Made by a program: the position numbers and the translations under genes. Of a DNA stretch of 32,000 bases, positions 1-7,424 are shown piece by piece (within the stretch, counting starts at the first letter, position 1; the number at the start of each line of letters is the position of its first letter). This DNA is from Promethearchaeum syntrophicum (lineage in GTDB: Archaea; Asgardarchaeota; Lokiarchaeia; Sigyniarchaeales; Promethearchaeaceae): assembly GCF_008000775.2 (NCBI RefSeq), contig NZ_CP042905.2, positions 540,001 to 572,000 of the forward strand, read 5' to 3'. Below the pieces are notes generated by a model, which searched no databases, was not told the origin of the DNA, and saw nothing but the letters and a program-made list of their open reading frames with translations.

Positions 1-724
1 CTTGAATTGGGAATACTGGATGAATCCAAATCATATTTGCAAGAAGTATGGTTGTCGCGCCATTTACTGTCCATCTTTCCTTTTCTGGTTCTAATGATTT
101 TTCAAACCAACGCCACCCCCAACGAGGTAAATATTCCCAATGGGTGATTCGGGTCATATCTCCAACCATCATCATAATCCAGAAGAACCCCGCGACCAAA
201 AAATAAATAAAATTTCGAAATTCTATAAATGATACATTCCAATCACTATTATTTTTCACTATGGATTCACTAATGAAATGAAATGAAATAATTCCAATGA
301 ATTGCATAAAATGCAGCAATTTCCGAGAAAAATCTTTAAATCGGTCCTTTTTTGTTCCAAGTTCAACTGAATTATATTTGTCATCAATTTTTTCTAAAAA
401 TTTTTCATAAGTATTTTCATTCCTGTATTCTGGATTTTTTTTTGATTTTATGTAATTGGGAAGTACATTAAACCCCCAGAAAAATATTATTAACGCCGAA
501 AAGCTGATTATGTGAACTAAATATAGAATATTAGATATTTCTGAAGACTCTGAAACCATAGTGAGAATGTAGTATCCAATAATAAAAAATATGATGCTTT
601 CTACTATTTCTGAATTACGAACATTTCCCTTAACTGGATTATTCCACCATTTAATGGTATGAAGTAAAAGAATAATCCCCATTATCCAAAAAAACAACGC
701 ATCTATCCATGCCCAAATGATCAT
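1..724 (-). CDS. Partial polytopic membrane protein (N-terminal ~241 aa; gene continues beyond window start)
   Basis: Not in the supplied track because it runs off the edge. Hand translation of the minus strand from ATG at 724..722 gives MIIWAWIDALFFWIMGIILLLHTIKWWNNPVKGNVRNSEIVESIIFFIIGYYILTMV... I stepped through every codon of this frame down to position 2 and found no stop. Hydrophobic helices are separated by a K/E/N-rich loop. No family recognised. Confidence 0.5.
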   Translation of the reverse strand, partial: MIIWAWIDALFFWIMGIILLLHTIKWWNNPVKGNVRNSEIVESIIFFIIGYYILTMVSESSEISNILYLVHIISFSALIIFFWGFNVLPNYIKSKKNPEYRNENTYEKFLEKIDDKYNSVELGTKKDRFKDFSRKLLHFMQFIGIISFHFISESIVKNNSDWNVSFIEFRNFIYFLVAGFFWIMMMVGDMTRITHWEYLPRWGWRWFEKSLEPEKERWTVNGATTILLANMIWIHPVFPIQ

Positions 725-830
725 AACTATCACAAAGTGCTTTCTATTATATAATACAGAAAAGGCAATTAATGTTAAGAATAAAACGAAAATTAAAAAA
801 AAAATAATAGGAAAACGAAAATTACTGTTA

Positions 831-1475
831 TTACAATGGATATTGTTGAGTAACCCCGAATCCACCAAATTTTGATGAATTATATTCGGCCATATATGCT
901 TTTCCTACTTTACTATAAGCAACAGGCATTGCAATAATTGCTAAACCACAACATATAGACACAGCGGTTGCAATCTTCATCCATTTATAGCCTTCAGAGA
1001 TATTTTTCATTTCCGGAGTTGGTAACAGTTGTTCCATCTTCAATGCCCATTTTTCTAGTTCCATAAAGACCAAGATGTTGAGAATAAAAGTCACAATCGC
1101 TAATCCACAAAATTGTAGGATAAAGCCAATTAATAAATATTGGTAGACTTTCTCGAAAATTGGATCTGCAGTAGCATCTCTGATATTTTTTACAGAACCC
1201 AAGTATTGCCAATACATTACCAATGATATAATTCCAATACACGAGAAAATTAACCCGAAAAGGCCTAAAACACTGAAAAATACAATCATTGCAATATCAT
1301 CTTGCACAATTCCCCAGACAATTCCCGCTACTAATATAAAAAATCCACATACAAGTCCTGTTCCTAAAATAATCCACATCCATAAACTATATTTCTTCAT
1401 CTTTGCCCCCAATTCATAGAATAACTCTGGTATTTGAGGTGCTTCTTCATAGGTGCCTGTGTTTTCTTCTGTCAT
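831..1475 (-). CDS. Polytopic membrane protein, paralog A of a tandem pair (family not recognised)
   Basis: Track ORF of 214 aa with several hydrophobic helices. Its C-terminal half is highly similar to the 1668..2639 product (DP.FEKVYQYLLIGFILQF, ELEKWA, LPTPEM, EGYKWMKI, MAEYNSS.FGG). GGTGA lies 7 nt upstream of the ATG on the minus strand. Confidence 0.75.
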   Translation of the reverse strand: MTEENTGTYEEAPQIPELFYELGAKMKKYSLWMWIILGTGLVCGFFILVAGIVWGIVQDDIAMIVFFSVLGLFGLIFSCIGIISLVMYWQYLGSVKNIRDATADPIFEKVYQYLLIGFILQFCGLAIVTFILNILVFMELEKWALKMEQLLPTPEMKNISEGYKWMKIATAVSICCGLAIIAMPVAYSKVGKAYMAEYNSSKFGGFGVTQQYPL

Positions 1476-1551
1476 ATAATTTTCACCATAAAAAAAAAAC
1501 CAATTAAATTTTTAGAAATCTCTAAAAACGTTTATGTTTAATTTTAGTTTA

Positions 1552-1579
1552 CTATCAATTTGTAGATTTTAAAAGGTTT
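1552..1579 (-). promoter_or_regulatory. Conserved upstream block with TTTTAAAA TATA-like core (candidate promoter of paralog A)
   Basis: ctatcaatttgtagattttaaaaggttt is nearly identical to the block at 2698-2726 upstream of paralog B. The location, about 80-100 nt upstream of the ATG, fits an archaeal TATA/BRE plus a leader. Confidence 0.3.
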
Positions 1580-1667
1580 AGGTTTTTTCTATAGAAATTC
1601 ACTATTTTCACTTTTTAAGATAGGTTAAATAAAATAAGAGAAAGTAAAAAAAGGAATAAGTGGATAT

Positions 1668-2639
1668 TTATATGGATTTTCCACATACTTCACAAAAAAC
1701 TGTTCCTTTCGGATTTTCTGCTCCACAATGTTGACAACGAGCTATATCTTCGACTGGTTTATAGGTTTGACTCGCGGGTGTTGGTTGATGTGAAGGAGAA
1801 TCTGCATAAGATTTCCCGCACTTTCCACAGAATTTCCCTGCTAAATGTTTAGGCGTTGTCACTCCACAATGTGGACAGGTTATACCTTCTGATTGCTGTG
1901 GAATTGGTTGAGTTCTTGGTGGTTGTTGGGTTTGTGTTTGAGGCTGTGGTGCTCCGTAAGATTGAGTGGGGGCAGGTGCAAATCCTTGACCCAGAGATAT
2001 CATGGGCCATGGGCGAGCTGTTCCTATCCCTCCAAATTGAGAAGAATTGTATTCAGCCATTAAAGCTTTTCCGACTTTCGCCTGTCCGAGAGGAACCGCA
2101 AGAATTGCAATTCCGACACAAACTGAAACCAGAGTTCCAATTTTCATCCATTTATATCCTTCAGTCACATTAGCCATTTCGGGAGTCGGCAACTCTTGTT
2201 CCATCAATGTTGCCCATTTTTCCAATTCAATATATATCAAAATGTTAAGAATAAAGGTCACAATCGATAAACCAACGAATTGAAGAATAAAACCAATTAA
2301 TAAATATTGGTAAACTTTCTCAAATAATGGATCACCAGTAGCATCCCTCAAATCCTTGATTGTATTCATATATTGCCAGTATAAATACAAAGCATAGAGA
2401 CCCACACAACTAACAATTAATAATACTAATGCCATTAGTCCTATTCCGATATATAATAAAAAATCTGCCCAGTAGATAAAAGCCCATATAAGAATAGGAA
2501 TTGAACCTATGATAATTCCAATAAATGCAGTTATCGCTATTATCCAAAACCAGGTACTCATTTTCTTTAATTTTGCCCCCATTTCATAGAGAAGATCTGG
2601 AATTGGAGGTCCTTGAGCATAACTTGTTGAAGATGCCAT
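1668..2639 (-). CDS. Polytopic membrane protein, paralog B, with Q/P-rich linker and C-terminal double zinc ribbon
   Basis: Track ORF of 323 aa. The membrane core is homologous to 831..1475. The extra C-terminus holds a low-complexity linker (APAPTQSYGAPQPQTQTQQPPRTQPIPQQ) and two CxxC-x(n)-CxxC units (CPHCG...CGKCG and CQHCG...CEVCG). GGTGA lies 9 nt upstream of the ATG. Confidence 0.8.
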   Translation of the reverse strand: MASSTSYAQGPPIPDLLYEMGAKLKKMSTWFWIIAITAFIGIIIGSIPILIWAFIYWADFLLYIGIGLMALVLLIVSCVGLYALYLYWQYMNTIKDLRDATGDPLFEKVYQYLLIGFILQFVGLSIVTFILNILIYIELEKWATLMEQELPTPEMANVTEGYKWMKIGTLVSVCVGIAILAVPLGQAKVGKALMAEYNSSQFGGIGTARPWPMISLGQGFAPAPTQSYGAPQPQTQTQQPPRTQPIPQQSEGITCPHCGVTTPKHLAGKFCGKCGKSYADSPSHQPTPASQTYKPVEDIARCQHCGAENPKGTVFCEVCGKSI

Positions 2640-2697
2640 AATTATTTTTCACCAAATATTTTTTTTTCTGAAATTGCAAATGATTCAGATATTATAA

Positions 2698-2726
2698 CTT
2701 ATCAATTTTGTAGTTTTAAAATGTTT
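2698..2726 (-). promoter_or_regulatory. Conserved upstream block with TTTTAAAA TATA-like core (candidate promoter of paralog B)
   Basis: cttatcaattttgtagttttaaaatgttt matches 1552-1579 apart from 1-nt indels and substitutions, so the duplication included the upstream region. Confidence 0.3.
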
Positions 2727-2893
2727 CTTTTTCATTACCGATGGTAAGAAGTGGTTAAATTTAGAAAGAAGAAAAAAAAATTGAGCGTATTATTTATAAA
2801 AATCTCGAGATAAACTTCACCCACTATATTCATAACCCCGATTATAATCTAGTTAAGGTAATTACCCTCTTATTTTTTTGTCTTGAATATAAG

Positions 2894-4141
2894 TTAATTA
2901 AGTTCCATATCCTTCTTAGTTATATACTCACAGATTATTTTTAACGAGGCTTCTACTACTTCAGGTTCAATTGCACTAACAACATCCTTCGGAGTATGAT
3001 AAGCATCATATCTATCATTACCTCCCCAAGGCATCGCAACTAATGTAGTCGCCTCTATGCCATATCTACCGAATTCTCCTGCATCGGTCCCGCCTGTTAA
3101 AAACTCGATTGGTTTCAATGTAGCAGGATATCCCAGTTTATCTGATATTTCCTTGCACTCCATTGCCATATTTTCAGATAGTTTTACACTACAATTAACA
3201 TCTGATGTTAAGAAAAAAAGATCTTTGAGAAGATAGGGACAATCCATATTAAAATTGAAAGTCGGAATCGCCTTCATTTCTGCAAGATTTTTTTTAACAT
3301 ATGCACGTGCTCCTCTCAAACCACATTCTTCACCATCCCAGCCCGCAATTACCAACCGGGTATTCTTCAATCCCTTGCCACTCTTTTTTTGTTCAGAAAA
3401 TTTCTTTCCGACTTTATCCGCTATACAAACTGAAACTAAATTATCGCCAGCCCCCGGAGTCCCTTTGCTACTACTAAAAAAATAAAGTTGTACTACTAAA
3501 ATTAAGGAAACAGTCATGAGTATCTTAAATGTAAGGGAAAACCCAGTTGCAGGTAGTGCCCCAGTAAATGCTTGTATAATCACCCACACCCACGATCCGA
3601 GAAACATGAGAACTACAAACCCTATGCCCCCCATAACCTTTAAAGCATAAAGCTTGGGTTGATGTATAAAAAAATTAAAAATATATGCGCTGTCAATGTG
3701 TCCACTGATAATTATCTGCTGCTTTACCTCATCCTTTGGTTCAATCTTTCCAATTACGTTATACCCTTTCTTCTTCTTCCATAAAAAATCCACAAACTCG
3801 TAATAAAGAAAGAACTCCATAATCATAATGATTATTCCTATCGTGATCCCGATTGCTGTTATTAAAGCTTGATCGAGCCAAAGAAAGATTATACCTATGG
3901 TAAATATTATAACAAGCAATTTGATCCAACCCAAAAAGGTTTTCGGATGCACATCAAATTCTTGCAACTCTGTAGAATCACAATATTTTCCAAATTCATT
4001 TTTAAGTAGATCTGCTGCTTTTTTTGTTGAGGTATCTCCTGTAAGTCGAGGTCCGAACTTTTCTATAATTTGCCCCGTAAATTGAAGCACGTCATTAGTA
4101 TCTGTACTATTTATTTGAATTTCGCCCATATTATTATTCAA
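2894..4141 (-). CDS. M28-family zinc aminopeptidase-like protein with four predicted transmembrane helices inserted in the catalytic domain
   Basis: Track ORF of 415 aa. M28 ligand motifs occur in canonical order: SGHIDS, GAGDN, GWDGEECGLRGARAYV, FNMDCP, YHTPKD. Two hydrophobic hairpins (about aa 68-120 and 152-225) interrupt the domain. Confidence 0.85.
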   Translation of the reverse strand: MNNNMGEIQINSTDTNDVLQFTGQIIEKFGPRLTGDTSTKKAADLLKNEFGKYCDSTELQEFDVHPKTFLGWIKLLVIIFTIGIIFLWLDQALITAIGITIGIIIMIMEFFLYYEFVDFLWKKKKGYNVIGKIEPKDEVKQQIIISGHIDSAYIFNFFIHQPKLYALKVMGGIGFVVLMFLGSWVWVIIQAFTGALPATGFSLTFKILMTVSLILVVQLYFFSSSKGTPGAGDNLVSVCIADKVGKKFSEQKKSGKGLKNTRLVIAGWDGEECGLRGARAYVKKNLAEMKAIPTFNFNMDCPYLLKDLFFLTSDVNCSVKLSENMAMECKEISDKLGYPATLKPIEFLTGGTDAGEFGRYGIEATTLVAMPWGGNDRYDAYHTPKDVVSAIEPEVVEASLKIICEYITKKDMELN

Positions 4142-4583
4142 TTCCTAATCTTAAAATAAGTTCTATTACGAAAAATTAATTTTTCAATATCACATTGAAC
4201 GCGAGTTTTTCAAATTAAATGAATAGGTATCAATTAATTGCTATTGATAATATTCCAATTTTAACCAATTTATTTCCAATACAGAAAAACTTGGCAATTT
4301 CTTGTCCAGATTAATTTTCCCAAATCGATCTTTAATTTTTTCCACCATTTTCTCAACACCGAGCAAGGAAATTATAACATTTCACTTTTTTGATCCGTTC
4401 ATTTTTGTCGATATATTTCCCGATCCAACCATTCCAACGCTTATTTTCCCCCAAAATCTCATAAGCTTTAAATATCCACAATAACATTATTTAATTAGAT
4501 TGTGCTTTTTCGTTTATTAATAATGAAAAAAGAAAAAATACAATTTTGTTCACGAAATTTTAATACGCGGAGAATGAAAAATA

Positions 4584-4802
4584 ATGGCAAAGAAAAGAAG
4601 AATTTTTGCATGGTCCCCTTTAAGAGCCTTAATGAAAAGATCAGGAGCAGAAATTGTTAGTAGAGAAGCTGTTGAAGCACTCTTATACTATTTAGAAGAT
4701 CGCAGCAAAAAACTCACCACAATGGCTTTAAAATTCGCTAAACACGCAAAGCGAAAGAAAATCACAAAAGGAGATATGGGTCTCGCAATCGAGTATTTAT
4801 AA
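4584..4802 (+). CDS. Archaeal histone (HMf-type histone fold), copy 1
   Basis: 72 aa. It aligns by eye to the HMfB pattern: SPLRALMK..GAEIVS..A...L (helix 1/2), AKHAKRKKITK.D (loop 2 RK-T/K), LAI (helix 3). It carries a short basic N-terminal MAKKRR. Confidence 0.9.
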   Translation: MAKKRRIFAWSPLRALMKRSGAEIVSREAVEALLYYLEDRSKKLTTMALKFAKHAKRKKITKGDMGLAIEYL

Positions 4803-4833
4803 ACTCGGTTGACAAAATAAAGAGTAGATTAAA

Positions 4834-5055
4834 ATGGCAAAAAAGAGAAGAATATTTGCATGGAGCCCTCTACGTGCCCTCATGAAGAAAGCAGGTGCTG
4901 AGATAGTTTCCAGAGATGCGGTTGAATTGTTATTGAATTATTTAGAAGCTCGATCAAGAAAATTGACCGAAACAGCTTTAGTTTTTGCGAAACATTCCAA
5001 ACGAAAGAAGATCTCAAAAGGAGATATGGGTCTCGCAATAGAAAATTATCATTAG
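4834..5055 (+). CDS. Archaeal histone (HMf-type histone fold), copy 2
   Basis: 73 aa, about 80% identical to copy 1 (14 substitutions by hand count). The spacer between the genes is 31 nt, on the same strand. Confidence 0.9.
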   Translation: MAKKRRIFAWSPLRALMKKAGAEIVSRDAVELLLNYLEARSRKLTETALVFAKHSKRKKISKGDMGLAIENYH

Positions 5056-5085
5056 GCGTTTATCTTTAATTTAATGATAGATTTC

Positions 5086-5096
5086 TTTTTTTTTTT
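5086..5096 (+). terminator. Oligo-T tract (T11) downstream of the histone pair
   Basis: An uninterrupted T11 run lies 31 nt after the stop codon. Archaeal RNA polymerase terminates at oligo-T tracts. Confidence 0.5.
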
Positions 5097-5326
5097 AAAT
5101 TTTTAGTATCGTATTAAGATGTATAAAAACTTGCGTTCAATTGTTATTTTTAATCTAATTATAAAATAATTTGAAATCCAAACTTGAGTATTATTAATTG
5201 TGTTAGGATAATATTCATATCATTATTCAAATTAATTTTGTTCGATTGACTTATAAACTCTAAAATCGTAGTATATATCACAAATAGTGTTTACTATTTT
5301 AAAAATATAAATGAGGCTATAATGTA

Positions 5327-7096
5327 ATGAAGAATTATAATAGAAGAGAAAATAAGAAATTTCTAAGGATGATGATAGTCTTTCTTGCTGGGATTTTAAT
5401 TTTTAGTATGAATTTGCCGTCGATAATGAAAAAAGATTCAGTTGTAGTGCAACAGGAAAATGTAAAGACAAACATTAATTTTGCACCACAATCGAGTTCT
5501 CAATGGTTAGATCCCGAAATACTAGGTGATTTTATTGGTGGGGGATCTTCTATAGATGTATTTGTTTTCGATGGAATTGCTTACGTGGCAGAAGGTGTGA
5601 ATGGTTTGGCAATGATAGATGTAACGGACCCTACTTCTCCCGTTAAATTAGGATTTCACGATGATGGAGGAACTGCCCGAAGAGTTTATGTTTCCGATGG
5701 AATTGCCTATGTGGCAGATGGTTCAGATGGTTTGGAAATAATAGATGTAACGAATCCAACTTCTCCTGTTGAATTAGGGCAGTATATTGGTGGGGGGGAT
5801 GCTCGCGATGTTTTTGTTTCCGATGGAATTGCCTATGTGGCAGATTTTACAAATGGTTTGGAAATACTAAATGTAACTAATTCCACTTCTCCGGTTGAAC
5901 TATGGGTAGGTTCCTGGAATGCAATTGGTGTTTCTGTTTCGAATGGAATTGCCTATGTGGCAGTTGGAGGTAGTGGCTTACAAATCTTTGACGTGACGGA
6001 TCCCACTTCTCCAGAAGAATTATATAAAGATAACGTATTCGGGTTTGGTTGGGACCTCGATTATTCAAATGGCATTGTATATTTCGTAGCTGAACATGAT
6101 GGACTAACTCTTCTTGATGTGACAGATCCTACTTCTCCTGTTGAACTAGGAGGAACTTCTATAGGTACGATAATGTCTATTTTTATATCAGATGGAATTG
6201 CCTATGCGGGAAGGGGGCAAAATGGATGGGCTATCATTGATGTAAAAAATTCCACTTCTCCAAAGATACTTTGGGATATCAATGATGCTGGTAGTGCTGG
6301 GGGTGGTTTTATTTCAGATGGAATTCTTTATATAGCAAATGGTAATTTGGGATTGGAAATTCATGATATGGGGTATGATGAAGATGATGACAATCTTTCC
6401 GATGTTAGTGAACTTCTAACTCACGATACCGATCCAGAACGGTTAGACAGCGATGGCGATGGACTTAGTGATGGATCAGAGATATTAACTCATGGAACCG
6501 ATCCGAATAGAATTGACTCAGATAATGACAATTTCTTAGATGGATATGAGATAAGTTCTGGTACAGATCCAAACGATCCATTAGACTATCCTGATCTTCC
6601 ACAAGAGTGGTATGATTTAATAAACGAACGACTCGAAGGGAATGAAACATTAATTCTAACCGTCTATGCACTTGCACTTCAAAATGAAGAGTATTTAGGA
6701 AATATAAATGATACACTTACGGGGGATGTCGATGCATTAAGAGAAGTCCTTGATGAATTGGGAATAACTGTCGGTGATACCGATTATGATGGATTAGACG
6801 ATCTTCAAGAAATCGAACATGGAACCAGTATTGTAAGCAGTGATACTGATATTGATAATTTAAGTGATGCCTTTGAGATTAAAATTGGAACCGATCCGCT
6901 TGATGATGATAGCGATGATGATGGGTATTATGATGGATATGAGGTTATGTTAGGAACAGATCCATTAAATGCATTAGAGTTTCCTGAAACTGAAGGTTCA
7001 GAAAATAAAATTAGTGGATATAAGAGTAGTATCCTTTTCGGTTCTATGGGTTCTATCGTAATTATTTCCATAATTTTAATTAAAAAACGGAACTGA
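5327..7096 (+). CDS. Surface protein: signal-anchor, seven LVIVD-type beta-propeller repeats, thrombospondin-type-3-like Ca-binding repeats, C-terminal membrane anchor
   Basis: 589 aa. The N-terminus is MKNYNRRENKKFLRMMIVFLAGILIFSM. There are seven 40-42 aa repeats of the form GIAYVA.G..GL.I.DVT.PTSP.EL. Two D-rich blocks follow (D.D.DGLSDG.E...GTDP...D.D.D). The C-terminus is ILFGSMGSIVIISIILIKKRN. Confidence 0.85.
   Translation: MKNYNRRENKKFLRMMIVFLAGILIFSMNLPSIMKKDSVVVQQENVKTNINFAPQSSSQWLDPEILGDFIGGGSSIDVFVFDGIAYVAEGVNGLAMIDVTDPTSPVKLGFHDDGGTARRVYVSDGIAYVADGSDGLEIIDVTNPTSPVELGQYIGGGDARDVFVSDGIAYVADFTNGLEILNVTNSTSPVELWVGSWNAIGVSVSNGIAYVAVGGSGLQIFDVTDPTSPEELYKDNVFGFGWDLDYSNGIVYFVAEHDGLTLLDVTDPTSPVELGGTSIGTIMSIFISDGIAYAGRGQNGWAIIDVKNSTSPKILWDINDAGSAGGGFISDGILYIANGNLGLEIHDMGYDEDDDNLSDVSELLTHDTDPERLDSDGDGLSDGSEILTHGTDPNRIDSDNDNFLDGYEISSGTDPNDPLDYPDLPQEWYDLINERLEGNETLILTVYALALQNEEYLGNINDTLTGDVDALREVLDELGITVGDTDYDGLDDLQEIEHGTSIVSSDTDIDNLSDAFEIKIGTDPLDDDSDDDGYYDGYEVMLGTDPLNALEFPETEGSENKISGYKSSILFGSMGSIVIISIILIKKRN
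5570..6370 (+). repeat. Intragenic tandem coding repeats (LVIVD blades), period 120-126 nt
   Basis: gatggaattgcctatgtggcag recurs at 5696, 5822, 5942 and, degenerate, at 5570 and 6191. gatgtaac.ga.cc.acttctcc.gtt recurs with the same period. Confidence 0.8.
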
Positions 7097-7112
7097 ATCA
7101 AAAATTTGTACA

Positions 7113-7130
7113 TTTTTTTTTTATTTTTTT
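7113..7130 (+). terminator. Oligo-T tracts (T10 + T7) after the LVIVD gene
   Basis: catttttttttttatttttttcac begins 17 nt after the stop. Confidence 0.5.
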
Positions 7131-7424
7131 CACTGATTTTAAGAATTTAAAGAAAATTTCATAAAAAAATGAAACTTAAAAAATTTCATAATTGCATTTT
7201 TGCCCAATAAACTGATTGTTGTATAAGTAAGATTTTTAAAGTTTGTAGAAGAGATTCTTGTAATTCATTTTTTCTAGAATGGAAGATTTTAAGTTTTGGG
7301 GAGTGGTAGTTTACTACTAAACTGATGAAGTAAAAATGAAGATATTGTCGATATTATGTGTTCTAATCTTTCATACCGGAGAAAAAAGGATTTTAAAAAG
7401 AATTATTTAGGAGAAAATTGAAAA

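Noticed and set aside
994-4085. Track ORFs nested in or antisense to longer genes: 994..1242, 1856..2173, 2047..2283, 3255..3485, 3897..4085. The same pattern occurs later at 5877..6068, 6465..6716, 6928..7113, 7859..8110, 8059..8274, 9382..9576, 10262..10453, 11048..11281, 14442..14642, 16421..16663, 17291..17572, 18150..18398, 18331..18528, 19096..19278, 19715..19915, 22136..22419, 23125..23478, 23536..23742, 23620..24004, 27762..28145, 29286..29492, 29756..30052 and 30366..30596.
   Set aside because: Each lies inside a longer ORF that has clear family motifs or paralog support. Their translations are low-complexity or oddly composed and lack initiation context, as expected for shadow ORFs.
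4302-4484. 60-aa plus-strand ORF in the M28/histone intergenic region
   Set aside because: It starts at TTG with no ribosome-binding motif and has an F/I/P/S-rich low-complexity translation. Its strand composition is opposite to that of real plus-strand genes here. The region is kept only as a compositional oddity.
5570-6370. Regularly spaced ~22-nt DNA repeats that superficially resemble a repeat array
   Set aside because: The period (120-126 nt) is a multiple of 3 and lies inside one long ORF. The repeats encode the LVIVD blades, so this is not a CRISPR or a non-coding array.
7336-7410. 24-codon upstream ORF (MKILSILCVLIFHTGEKRILKRII) ending within the AGGAG motif of the acyl-CoA synthetase gene
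   Set aside because: It has no ribosome-binding motif of its own and no other support. It is plausible as a leader peptide but cannot be distinguished from chance.
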